DNA of 53,057 nucleotides, filler included, from Sphacelaria rigidula (GCA_964200075.2; 4 parts of 4 records of this genome joined end to end with filler, not necessarily neighbours in it), one strand, 5' to 3'; shown: positions 1 through 18,500, numbered from the whole stretch's first letter. Made by a program: numbers and translations. The notes: a model not told the origin generated them from the letters alone.

Positions 1-814
1 AACGACGATCTGACTCGAAATTTCGAGCAACAAATGCCCCAAAATACCGCCACCCCTATCGTAGGATGGCTCAAAAGAAGACAACAATAATAGAGGCGTT
101 ATGCACTGAAATTCGCATTATACCTCTGCATGATCTACGAGACGAACGACACTCGTGGGGCAATCCATCAAGCACGCGCTCTCAAATCCATTTCAAGCGA
201 CACGGCATGATAGAGGTAGATCGGATAGTGCGGCGCACGTCGAATGATTCCACTCCCATTTATCCAATACAAAGACCCAACGGAGTGTACCACGACACGG
301 GGGAGGTTATTTTGGACCATTTCTTTCATGAAATTCCACCTCAAGTCGTCGTTGAAAGCAGCAACGTTGGTTCGAACGCGCTTGTTGCCAGCGGGACACA
401 CTCATCCATACCACTTGACACCTTTTTCACGCAAAGAACACCGCGAGTACCTTGGTGGTCTGAGGCACCTAGGAGCCCCTATCTTTCGTAGAATCAGACC
501 TCTCCCCTCTATCACAGCATCGCTCAATGGTAGGTATTACCAGGCTATCGTATATGCACGATACTCTTGACCAATAAGGTGTACGGTATAGTTCAAAATC
601 TACGTCGATTGTGGCGTAGTTTCATCATGGGGTGCGTTTTAGAGCGCTTTCTCAAGAAACGACGCAGCCAAAGCATGCTTCCGAATGTTGACGCGGTCGT
701 TTGCCGGATAAATTCATTCGAGACAAAACCAAAACCTAGAAGCGCCTTCATCACATCCGACTGACTAGGCGATGGGCACAAGAATAACGAACAAAACGTG
801 GAATATATACGCTT

Positions 815-7345
<6,531 letters not shown>

Positions 7346-7755
7346 TCACTACACGAAGTGGTGCATTGGCATACGTGGACTCAAGTGCACTACATAACGG
7401 TCAGAATGTTAGCCTCTTGACGGCGTAGTAGCCGATTTGTGTCAACGTACGATATGCTGATGCGAACGTTTGTGACCTGGATTCTTATGTACAAAACGTT
7501 CCTGCAGTGAATATCTCAAAATGGCCGCACACCGCCGGGTAATCGATTGATCACCCAGGGATGCCCATGTGTTGTATCTGTCGAGATAGCATAATGTATC
7601 ATCTATTGAATCGGCACCCTTCTCGCTTGAAAAATCTTCGAGACCCCGTTGACACAACCAGGCGGTAAAACAGTCGGCTAATCCTTTGGCTGCGCCCCCG
7701 CTACTTGTGTAGACGTCGATCAACCATGGTCACTTTGGTTCCAAAGTAATCGTCC

Positions 7756-8008
7756 GATTGTCGCCATAAGGGTGGAGAGAACAAGCGTTCGATTCCCGAC
7801 GCGTTGGGATTTTTCTTCGTAATGTATAAAATCCACCGTGGAAAGCGTGAGGACATGAGCAAAGTAGTCGACTGAGTTTGTGTGACGTGAGTTGACGCGG
7901 TGCGGGAGTGCTGACCCAATCCGCGAGACCAAAATGTAAGGCGCGTACCGGGGGAGAGATGGGTCGATCCGTTTAGACCACGGACTCATCCCGAGGGAGG
8001 GGCGGGGT
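7756..8008 (+). mobile_element. tRNA-derived SINE, family 1 (5'-clipped)
   Basis: Reverse complement of 4398-4650; B box GTTCGATTCCC at 7787-7797. Confidence 0.8.
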
Positions 8009-9813
8009 TCAAAGCGAGAAGAAAAAGAAGAGTGACGAAACATGATTTTCATATGGAAGACCTTGTGTCCCCGACCTCCTTGAAACTTTTTTTTGCGAAT
8101 TTCCTGTTTTTCCTTCCACCAAAGGATGTATGCGAATGTATCACGAGTTCGGGCAAAAAAGAGTCCCATTTTTTTACCCCGAAATCGAGGCGAGAAGGTG
8201 CTTTCGCACACACGTTTTGGGGGAACGGAAGACGGGAAAATCCCAACACTGGTTTTGAGGAGGTCAGGGTGCATGAGGTTGTCCACGTGACAACCATTTG
8301 CCATGACTCAAGGTCAGGAAAAGCACTGTTTCGGAGTTGAACCTCGTTTGAACTGTTGGACCGATTCGCGGGTCTGTCACTGTTCTGGATAAGGTCGATT
8401 TATTTTGCTCTGTCTGCTCTCCTGACGGTCGAGCTGTCGAGAGTGTTTAGAGCGTTGTGCTACCCGACGAGCATTGTCTCTGCCCGACAAGCGTTGTATT
8501 TTTCCGATTGAGCATAATAATTTCAAACTTGATCTAAATCACTCGACTCGGCAATTGCTCCGGTCGAAGGATAAGGACCAGGTGCCGCAAACAATATCCA
8601 ACCCAGACCCACGAGTTCATCAGTACGGGTACCAAATAAAATAGGAGCAGGCGTCACACGGCGACATGAACCCTCTCGGGTACAAATAGTTTTGGATTGT
8701 TGGTCAGGGCTACATCTAGAGGCCCACACCCTGGATTCGCTTCCTACTGCGCAGGGGGACAACAGTCACACACGACACAGCGGCACTGCGCTGAGACCCC
8801 GCACCATGCCGCTATGACTGTGAAATCACTCATGGGTAAAACAAGTTGCAAACGAGTATGTTGTGACACGAAGTGAGTAGTTGATCTTGACCGCACTGTG
8901 GTGGGTCCCCACACGTTCGAGAGCCGTACTGAGATAAGGTTACTCCGCGTTCGGACTCGTTCGAAAACGAAGCGGCCTGATTTCCCCCCGAAACACTTGA
9001 CGTTCGTTTGGAGAAGTCCGTTAACTTTGGACTGCAACGCAGCACTTCGGAGAGCTGCCCTGCGTGTACGCCATGATGCTTGCATGCGTTTGAGAGTCAT
9101 CAGGAACCCTGCCAGTACACCCTGGGCCATGTCAGTTAATAAAAAGCGTCATGGGTTCGTGAGGTTGATGAAAGCGACCCAACGACGAGATAAGCAGCAC
9201 TGTGTCCGTGACGGGAGATCTGACGGGAAAGGCGGAACTTGATGATAATTCACATGTCAAACAGCTCATGAGCAACCCCAAATAACCGCTTTCACCCGAT
9301 GAGCAAGGGAAAACGCCCCGTAATCATCGAAGCGGTGGTAACATAGGCGTTGTTGTGTGTTTTGTGTGTTGTGGGGGTGACCGGTACGCTCAAACATACC
9401 CATTGCGGCGCCGAGGTCCAATTACACACCCCCGCGCACCCCTGAAACATCTGTCGAACGCACAGCGCAGTGGTGGCTGGTGACACCACTTCTCATGTTC
9501 GATAGGAAATGATGTTGGTGATCACTCGAACAGCCGTTGCCCGAAACTTGAAGCTGACATGAACAATCGACGAGTCATGAGCACAAAAGACTACTTCGTC
9601 CATGTGAATAATGTTCGGCGTGAGCTATGGCGTGCAACCCGAAATAGGGTGCCGAAATGGAAAACTCCGTACCACGAACCCCGACCGCCCCCGCAACTCA
9701 ACCCAAACCCAAAATTCTCACCGACTTGGGGAGGAGGAGGGGCAACGCTGTCCCTCAACGTTGCATGTGAAAAAGTGCAGCGCCTCACTCGGTGTCCGAA
9801 AACAACGACAAGA

Positions 9814-10259
9814 AACACGGGATCTTACAAATTGGGGATGGATCTTTTACTGGGCATGAGACACCCGGACAACTAACATCTTGGTATCCACACCAAATAT
9901 TCGAAATATGGTTCCATTTCTCCACCTACTGATAGCTATTATTGATAACTGCAATACGTCATAGGAATTTTTATCTCGATCACCGAAATGTTGCGGCCCT
10001 AGGTGAAAAAACAATTTCAAAACCATTTTGGCGTCCGTTCGGACATCCGAATTCCCCCAAAATGGTTTTCCACCTAGGACCCCAACATTTCGGTCACCCA
10101 GATCCAAATTTGAATGACGTGTGACAGTTGTCAAAATCTATCAGTAGGTGGAGAAATGGAACCATATTTCGAAGATTTGGCGTGGATACGAAGATTTCAT
10201 ATCTCCAGGTTTCTCATCCCCGATAAAAAATCCATCCCTAATTTGTAAGATCACGTGTT
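9814..10259. mobile_element. Fold-back MITE, family F1 copy 2
   Basis: Same termini and palindromic structure as 6196-6640. Confidence 0.9.
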
Positions 10260-10815
10260 CACAGCGGACAGCGGAAAACTCACACTATGTTAGACACTGC
10301 AAACGACGTGGTCGCGCCTTCTAATTGGGCAATTTCACAAGTACAAGAATGATAAACGACAGGATATCGCATCACCTTTTACCAAGAAGAAACACCGACG
10401 GCTAGGCCAGACGTCTTATGTCACACATGGGCACTTTGTTACGCACCCTCGGAACCCCTTCCGAAGGTGAGACCCTCTGGCGACCCTCTCAAGGTCAAAA
10501 CGTCCCCTCTACACACCCTCTACAAGGTGCCGCCTTATATTTGTACAGCGATGGTTAACCCACAGACAGCGAGGATAGTTCATGTGGATAACGCATACTC
10601 TTTTTAAGTGAAGAGCACTGCTATGTTAGAGGTGCACTTTTTGCACAAACTTTTGTCTGGTTCAGGGACTTCTAACGATTCTAGATGCACGAGAATATGG
10701 GTCAGGGCATCCCCGCTTGCAAATTCATTGGGGATCTGGCACATTGAAAAATAGTAATCCTGGCGTACCCTTACATACAGCATTTATTTCATAAGTCGGG
10801 TTGGATGAGATGAAG

Positions 10816-11232
10816 AACAGCCGATCGCCTATTTTGAGGATGGATGGAGCGTTTCATTGAGGATGGAAACCCCGAGATATGAAATCTTGGCATCCACACC
10901 ATTTCTCCGAGACATGATCCCATTCCTTCATCTTCCGGTAGCTGTTGACAACTGCTACTACGCGCTGTACAAATTTGAACTCCGATTACCAAAATTTGGG
11001 GGTCCGGCCGGATCACGTAAATACCGAACATTTTCTTCTTCACACCTAGGATCCCCAATTTCGTTAATCGGAATTCAAATTTGTACAGCGTGTAGCAGTT
11101 GTCAATAGCTACCCGCAAATGAAGGAAAATAACTCTTTTTTCGCAGAATTGGTGTGGATGCGAAGAGTTTAATTCTCCAGGGTCTCATCCTTCTTTGGAA
11201 AGCTCCATCCTCAAAGTGGTTGATCAATTGTT
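10816..11232. mobile_element. Diverged fold-back MITE related to F1
   Basis: AACAG...TGTT termini flanked by GAAG on both sides; internal ATCCACACC / GGTGTGGAT and AGCAGTTGTCAATAGCTA motifs are shared with F1. Confidence 0.7.
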
Positions 11233-11431
11233 GAAGGGGTCTCACCAATTCTCACCTCAGAAAGTATTTGTGCACCCCTACTGTAGGATATCACTTTGAA
11301 GTTGAAGCCGATTGAGCAGAAGTGCACAGTTTGCTGCATCCTCGGAACACCTCCCAAAGGTGAGACCCTCTGGCGACCCTCTACAGGTCCAAACTCCATG
11401 TGGCGACCGTGCTACACACCCTTAACACTAT

Positions 11432-11640
11432 TGTAATGCCTAAGAGGACCGCGTGCTTAGAGTACCGCATCGCGGTTTGAAACACCTCAGGATCGACGTT
11501 TCGGAACCAATCGGGCCAGTCCCTGCAGGGACCACGCCCCTGACCCTAGCTCCAACACTAACCCTAACCCTAACCCTAACCATAGGGATGTTCTGATTCC
11601 AATGCGGTCCCCTAAGCACGCGGTCCTCTCACGCATTACA
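11432..11640. mobile_element. TGT..ACA MITE with about 40-bp TIRs and internal (CCCTAA)n repeats (Ginger-like termini)
   Basis: TIRs TGTAATGC..AGAGGACCGCGTGCTTAG / CTAAGCACGCGGTCCTCTCACGCATTACA; flanks CTAT/CCAT; CTAACCCTAACCCTAACCCTAACC at 11558-11581. Confidence 0.85.
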
Positions 11641-12459
11641 CCATGCTGCCTTGCGGCGAGAGCAAAATGCCCATCTGTGGTACGCCAACATCATACTCTC
11701 CGTGAGGAAACTAAAGAACTGGTTCAGCCGCCAGAATAACGCCTCCTTTCTCGGCTTAATCGGAACCGGCAAACGCCTTCTAGGTTTTTTCAACAAGCGG
11801 TTATAACTGCTTCTTTTTTCAACATACTTGAATACCCGCTACGCAAGGCATCGTGCGGCATGTTACCACCGGTCTGCAGACGGATTTGGTTCCCGGCTGT
11901 GGTGGTGGATAGGGTCCCGTGGCCGGCGGGGCGGCACGTTCAAGGCCGGATTGGCCTCTGCAGGTAAAACTCGCGTTACCGCTGCATTAATTAAACATTG
12001 CAAGCCGATAAAAACGATCTTAGCGACGTAACGGCCTCATTTCTTATTTCAAGTGATTGGCCTCGTGATTATTTAAAGTGTAGAACCCACTCCCTGTACT
12101 ACAGACGCCTCGATTAGAGAGCGTGGAAATGAGGACTCCGGTCGTGACCAACTCGTCGCGCCGATATCACGGTTGAACATATTTCTTCGTCTTAGTCAAA
12201 CAACAGGGCAAACCTTGACTGAGACCCCAATCGAAGGCAGATCGGAGAATCCTCGGGCAACGGGGATCCATACGGTGCCCACCGCAGGATGTGTGCGTCG
12301 GCAAAGCACACGGGCGCTTCGATCACGAGGAAGGGAAGTGAGTTGACTCGCAGATTTGCTTTTGAAGTGAAATTAAGTTATTATGACGGTCTAACAGAGT
12401 AACTCTTTTGGGACCGACTACCACTAAGCAGGGGTGAGACCCACTTTTATGGCAAGCAC

Positions 12460-12612
12460 TGTGACGGTTTATGAGACAACCAACTAGAATACTGACCAGT
12501 GAGCGCTGACTGATCCGTAGTCTAGTTGGTTGTCTCTTAAACGCTGACTGGTCAGTAGTCTAGTTAGTTGTTTCTTAAACGCTGACTGGTCAGTAGTCTA
12601 GCTGGTTGTATC
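12460..12612. repeat. Short tandem/inverted repeat of a ~38-bp unit (TTAAACGCTGACTGGTCAGTAGTCTAG...)
   Basis: About three tandem units preceded by an inverted unit; related sequence at 13009-13057. Confidence 0.7.
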
Positions 12613-12616
12613 TTAA

Positions 12617-12714
12617 CCCTTAGACAGCGAGAGTAGGTCATCTGCTGAATCGGCATCAATTTCAATTGAAAAAAGTATGCATGATCCAGAAAGACTACCC
12701 TCACGGTCTAAGGG
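12617..12714. mobile_element. 98-bp piggyBac-like MITE
   Basis: TTAA|CCCTTAGAC...GTCTAAGGG|TCAA; homologous to 26582-26652 and 33435-33532. Confidence 0.8.
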
Positions 12715-13127
12715 TCAAGCTGTCACAAAAGTTAGTCGCTGGTTCTTTTCCCGTCGGACGCACCTTCTTTGAAGAACAAAAGAGAAGAGACAACCTGTGT
12801 AAAAAATTGGCCCCAAGGAGAGAAAGCCTCAGTACAAAATTGGCCCAAAGAAAAGGGGTGGGGTATAGCCTGATGGCTATATTTGGAGTGCACTGCTAGG
12901 GTACGGTGAGAGCGGCAACAGTAGAAGTCCTGATGGCAGTCGATAGAGCGCTGGCAAGGGAAGTCGCGCCCTCCTCGAAGTGAAAGTGGCGGGTATCAAA
13001 CCCCCCATGACTAACTTTTGTGACGGTTAAAGAGACAACCAAGTACACTACTGACCACGAATCTGGATTTTTTCATAATCGGGGGCAAGGGTCTGCCGAG
13101 CGAAAATTTTCGGACACGTAGGCCACG

Positions 13128-13162
<35 letters not shown>

Positions 13163-13191
13163 TCCACTATCTCTATTTTTTTGTTTTTTTT

Positions 13192-13291
13192 NNNNNNNNN
13201 NNNNNNNNNNNNNNNNNNNNNNNNNNNNNNNNNNNTTAATTAATTAANNNNNNNNNNNNNNNNNNNNNNNNNNNNNNNNNNNNNNNNNNNN
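13192..13291. other. Artificial contig spacer N44-TTAATTAATTAA-N44
   Basis: Exactly 100 nt; the linker gives stop codons in all six frames; identical spacers at 26482-26581 and 39771-39870. Confidence 0.98.
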
Positions 13292-13526
13292 CCCCCCCCA
13301 GAAAATCAGCCCCAAATCGCCACGAAAAACATGGTCATACAGTGCCTGATGTTTGGGTTCATCCTGCATGAAGCGCCTCATATGGGCGACATTGACGAAA
13401 ACGAAGCCAAGCGTGGGAATTCCCAGCTGCTCGCCGTGCTCGACTTTTTCCATTTCGAGTCACGTGGAGATTTTGCCTCCCCAAACCAGCCACTTCTGGG
13501 GGGGCGGGTTATCGTAGAAAGTGTCT
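13292..13526. mobile_element. MITE with GACACTTTCTACGATA TIR (partial, cut by contig start)
   Basis: Reverse-complement copy of 14159-14416; ends TATCGTAGAAAGTGTC. Confidence 0.8.
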
Positions 13527-13754
13527 AGGTGTATTAAGTATTCCGGCAATTCCCAGCGAGACTAGCTGTAGTTGGCGGGTGCAATCCCAGTCGGCTGCGT
13601 GGGGTCTTGGGCGCACGCGGTGGCCGCCGTGTCCCAGTCAATGGTATGATGGTACGATTGAAACCAATGGGTGGGAAAAAAGGCGCGGGTTTGGTTCCTT
13701 GAAGGCGCGCTTGGTTGGGTATTCTCGTCTTGGAGATGTTTCCATACGACGAAC

Positions 13755-13950
13755 AGCTCATGAGCTGCCTAAAAGAACTCATCAAACAAGGCCCTCGGAT
13801 CCGTTGTCTAAAAACACAGCATATGTGACAGCAGGTTCCGAGAAGCCAAGGCCCTACCTTTTCGTCCAGCGCTGTAGAGAGCAAACATGGAACAAAGGGT
13901 CCAAATGAGCTATCATGTATAGATCATGATCCGGACCAGTACTCTAATAA
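13755..13950. repeat. Dispersed repeat, inverted copy at 31313-31510
   Basis: Shared blocks CTCATGAGCT.CCTAAAA, GTCCAGCGCTGTAG and CATGATCCGGA.CAGTAC.CTAATA. Confidence 0.65.
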
Positions 13951-14158
13951 GAAGTGATGTTAGGGTGGCTCATGACCTGTCCGACGTGCGGATGATTCTG
14001 ATCTGCGTCGTTTTAAACGTGAGAACGTGGGTAGGCAATGATGATTATTTGGCGAGAGTCGACGCAGTGCGCTGGGAGTGCTGATCCGACCCGCGATGCC
14101 AAATCTTAACCCTTTTGGTAGTGGCCATGGAAGAGTGTGGATTTCGAGGTGCTGTTTT

Positions 14159-14416
14159 GACACTTTCTACGATAGCTGCTCCCCCCCTAAAAGTGCCTGG
14201 TTTGGGGAGGCAAAAATCTCGACGTGAATCGAAATGGGAAAAGCCGAGCACAACGAGCAGCTGGGAATTCCCACGCTTGGGTTCGTTCTCGCCAATGTCA
14301 CCCATATGAGGTGCTTCATGCAGCATGGACCCAAACATCAGGCGCTGTTCTGTATGACCATTTTTTTCGTGACACTTTTGGGCTCTTTTTTTGGGGGGGC
14401 TATCGTAGAAAGTGTC
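14159..14416. mobile_element. MITE with 16-bp TIR GACACTTTCTACGATA (Harbinger/Tourist-like, tentative)
   Basis: Perfect terminal inverted repeats; flanks TTT/TTA; second copy at 13292-13526. Confidence 0.8.
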
Positions 14417-14843
14417 TTATTTGAACGACATATGGTGAGGTATTTTCAGCTTTCACGCAAAAGTACGAGCCCCGAGGCGTGTTTTCTCAGACCCGTTGAA
14501 AAATGTGCCCTAGTGCCGCACGGGACCCAGTATATAGAAAATAGACAGGTGGTGCCGATTTCTGTTTGTGTGGACTTTAGGCACGCAAGTGCTGGCTTTG
14601 GCTGTGTGCGCAAACTTGAACAAAGTTGACCCGTCGCGTCCCTCATTGGACAAAATTAATCCGATCGCACCGGGGTTACATTTTTGGTGCGCGCATGACG
14701 CTTGTATGCTGGCGGATTCTTCTGTGGCCCTTCCGCCGTGAAAATGGTTGCTGTCAGTCTTTTCTGTTCCCGTCCTTTTCTCCTCTGTCAGGGCTTGCGA
14801 TAATGAGGCGCCTGGCCCGGGGACGGAAGGGGAGGGTTCCCAA

Positions 14844-14964
14844 AAGGCTTTTTTACTTCATCACGCTAGCACGGGTTCTGTATGCATGTGACCCATCACT
14901 TGTTTCAAGATGAACGATTTTTTTTTAAAACCGTGCTATATACAGCGTAATAAGTGAAAGCCTA
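14844..14964. mobile_element. 121-bp hAT-like MITE
   Basis: 8-bp TSD GTTCCCAA at 14836-14843 and 14965-14972; termini AAGGCTTTTTACTT...AAGTGAAAGCCTA, the same TIR family as 16094-17318. Confidence 0.8.
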
Positions 14965-15546
14965 GTTCCCAACCAAGGAGTTAAGGCGTGTATCTGAGGG
15001 AGAGATGGATTGGTCCATTGAGAGCACGTACTCGTTCCCGGTGGCGGTGGGATTATTTATTTATTTTTTTCTCCCCGTGCCACCCAATCTACAACAACCC
15101 GCGGTGGTCTTGCACTTCGGCTGCCATGCCGTGCAGCGCACTGCCCATGTGTTGCTGTGAAAAACACCGTGGAACAAAAATGGTTTGTACCGGAAGTCGA
15201 CGAAACGCGATACATACAAACGTGCGTAGCCTCCTCCGGGGAGAGCATGCTGCTGTCATGCAGGCAAGCACGCACCCCGCAGCCAAGACGTTTTTTCGCG
15301 TCGACGATTCTGGCGCCGTGTGCGCTGACGGGCAGGCCACGCGCCGCATGCGGCTTACTATGGTCGGAAGATAAATGGCTTTTGGCCAAGAGGTGGTGCA
15401 CGGGAGTTTTGCGCAGGATGTCTACAAAGCGACCAACCTTGCGCTACAGTTGCCGTTACATATGCGTACGTACATACACTGTGCGGTACCTGTCGTTACG
15501 GAAGAAAGAATAACGTCTCCAAAAACTGGTGGGTTTGATGGCACAG

Positions 15547-18500
15547 GGCCGGAGCGTGCAGACGGGTGAAGCTGGCGAAAAGATTTTATCGAGAGATGCT
15601 GGAGGCGGGAATAAGGCCTGATGTTCAGGCTATGAACTCCCTCATCAATGCCTTCTCCAAGGCCGGCAGCCCCGACCAGGCGCTTAAGGTATGCACAGGA
15701 GTCCTACTTGACGCAGAGGAAGATCAACTTTGGATTAGCAGGTACTCGTACCTATATGTGGTGGAAAATTGTACCTCTTCTGTGGCGGGGACTGTATATG
15801 TAGCCGTTCGCCCCGGTGGCTCAGTCGGTAACCTCGAAAATTTCCAATGGTTGGGTCGTGAGTTCGAACCTGGGAGCGATCTTGGATTTTTTCTCACACC
15901 ATGCCCTACAGTGGAGAGCGAGTACGTCGTGGGTACACAAAATTCGACTCAGCGGTCGACGAGGGAAAGGGACTGCTCAACCTCTCCCGCGGTAAAAAAT
16001 AAAGGCAGGCACCGCAGAAGGAAGGTGAAGGACTCAAACAAACAAAAAGAATACGAAATTCCTGTGTTGGCCTTTCTTCCTGTGTGACCCCGGCAGGCTT
16101 TTACTTATTATGGCAACATAATTTCTGGCATAATTCCACCTTGGTAGCATAAATAGCATAGCGTTTCAGCAATTAGCATAATTGAGCATAATTTCCATGG
16201 TAGGAGCATGATCGAGCATAAGGTTTCACTATAGGGTTGGGTATACTGGTCTAAATGCTGGCCTGCTGTGATATTTTGGGCGAAAACTTTGCTGTCATCG
16301 ACCGCAGGTCTGAAATACGTGTATGCTCTGGAACTAGACATTCAAATTGCCAGTGTGATCGATCGCAGGTCTGAAAAACGGTGCAGTACCGTTGTGAACA
16401 AGCGAAGCAAAGGGTACCAGCGTATTGCTTGGCATGTATTCGAGGAACTTTGATGAGGGGCACCTCGGAACCGTTTGGATATAGGATGTGAGGGATAGGT
16501 GGGAAGCCCACGTATATATGTCTTTTTATCTTGGCTTCCCATTTGTTTTTTCGTGTGTTTTGGTTCTGCGCTTTCTCCGGGTTCTTTATTCTTCTCGTCT
16601 ACTCTAGTATTTTTACCAATTTCTACCCCTTTGTGTGTTTCCTTTTTTGGCACTCTGTTCCCTGGGTTGTACCCATCTTGCGACCTCGGCTAGATTAGAA
16701 GCGGATCGGTTCATGCGAGACAAATGCTCTAACAATCATTCATGAATTAGATGTCAGTTTTTCGTTTGTCGTTGTCCTTGGACACGAGTTCCTCGACATG
16801 GGACAGGCGACGAGTGAACACATCATGTGATTTCACGACTTGTCATTTTGAGTGTGATGACGAGATGCATCTGCATCGACCTTCGCAGGATGCATACAAC
16901 ATACACTAGTTGCGCCAGATCGTGATGCATATTCGAATCAGCAGGTTGCCTGCCATATGTCTTGTCTGCAGGGCAGTGGGGGGGCGGCATATTGCACAAG
17001 ATGCAGTACATGTAGTGCGCAATGATATGGATGATGCACCGTGTACGACAACAGGAAAATACGGCATCCAAGCGTCCTAATGCAGGCAGGAAGCATTTCG
17101 TATCTACATAACATGCGTTTAGTGATCGGTGGGTCTGTATCCGGTCGAAAATCACGAGCATTTTCGAGCATAAATTCCACGTTGCGAGCATGAATCCAGC
17201 ATATTGTTTTTGGAAATGCGAGCATAAATCGAGCATAAATTCCGCCTTACGAGCATAATGTTTGGTGAGATTATTAGCATAAAAAAGTGACCTTACTAGC
17301 ATAATAAGTAAAAGCCTAGACCCCGGCTGGTGCGCCCACATATACCGAAAGGTGTAGACCGACGTCCAGAATAGATGGGGCGACAACACACAAAACACTG
17401 TATCTCTTTTGTGGCGGATAGCGTATCTCTTTGTTGAAAAAATGCCATGTGATTCCGGGTATTCGCACGAACTGAAGAAAAAAACGTCACGGTACATCGC
17501 CCTCATTTGTTCGACCCAATCCAAACCCTCACGCCAATCCGATCCCTGATTTCACAACCAGTACATGATTCTTGGCAGCGGAAACAAAATCTAGGCCGTC
17601 TGCTTCCGCAGAACACCTAACCTCGTTGTTTCCACAGAGCTCGTGCGTTTGGTTTGGCAAGAGAGCATGCGTCCGACCTGGCGGTAGTAGTTCGAGCGCC
17701 ATGCTCCAACTTACATCGCGCTATTATACGACTTCCTGAATACGTCCTTTTTTCGTCGAAAACCTGTCGAGGTATACTGTAACTGGTAGCGTCGTCCTCG
17801 CCGTTTCCGTGTCTTCTGTTAGGCTACTGTATGTACTGTCCTCCAACAAATTTCGTTTGCCCGCGTGATGAAAGGGACTCGTATGTAGTTTATTGGGCAT
17901 CTACAGCCCCCCAGATCTCCAAAATCTGCCAATAACAACGGCAAAAAAAAGGCGCGAAGGGGGGGGGGCGTACACCAGATCGCAAGTGTATCAGGATTTA
18001 CCAGTAATCGAATAGATGAGGAAATAGATGCGCAGAACTGCCCCTGTGGCAAAGGAACAAGAGAGTAGAACTAATTTAGTGGTGAAATGTGAACCATACA
18101 ACGAGGGACGGGACGTGTTGCAGAGGAAAATGTGGCAAGGAAACGAAGATGGCATGAAAGCGTTTGGTACATTAGACATGAGAAAGAAAACGATCGCTAT
18201 ACTAGGAGATGGATGGTGGCCACAGCCGGCGACTCAGGAAGGGAAGAGGGTATGTTGAAGTTTTTTGTGTGTAATGTATGGAAAAAACGTAATGGGCGCC
18301 AAAATGTTGAAGGTGTCCCTATAAGGAGTAGTAATGGTGATCCGTCTTTCAAGGGATGTGTGGTCAATGGTCAGACGACGAAAGCAAGCAACAAACGAGT
18401 ATCCCCCCCTCCCACCCCGGCTTCGAGGAAGTAGACGGTGCCAACAACTTTCGTTGTAATACGCTTTGGTTGTGTCTGCAGCTCGCTGGAACGGCGGTAC

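Larger units (their letters stand above)
14110..14980. mobile_element. piggyBac-like non-autonomous element inserted at TTAA inside a SINE; contains two nested MITEs
   Basis: TTAA at 14106-14109 and 14981-14984; SINE family 1 sequence resumes directly after the right TTAA; 14500-14840 matches 38035-38381, which ends GAGGG|TTAA. Confidence 0.8.

Noticed and set aside
66..781. Short ORFs downstream of katG
   Set aside because: No recognisable domain or splice support; probably 3' UTR or intergenic.
8744..9130. ORF MAQGVLAGF... as the katG first exon (a phase-0 GTACGG donor exists after NLIS)
   Set aside because: Frame-compatible, but no homology or clear signal peptide; cannot be supported without transcripts.
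11558..11581. True telomere or chromosome end
   Set aside because: Only about four hexamers, internal to a MITE found in several copies.
11880..11962. GC-rich AG..GT segment as an upstream PPR exon
   Set aside because: It is on a different contig from the PPR exons and has no convincing motif.
13128..13191. Long poly-C and poly-T run
   Set aside because: Homopolymer at a contig end; its length is unreliable and it probably caused the assembly break.
15810..15885. tRNA gene (also about 4600-4672, 37425-37499 and 50251-50320)
   Set aside because: A/B boxes are present but I could not fold a convincing acceptor stem and anticodon arm; most continue into shared repeat bodies, so they are treated as SINE heads.
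16823..17524. 233-aa ORF overlapping the hAT element as a transposase
   Set aside because: No DDE, BED or hAT dimerisation motifs; it crosses the element boundary.
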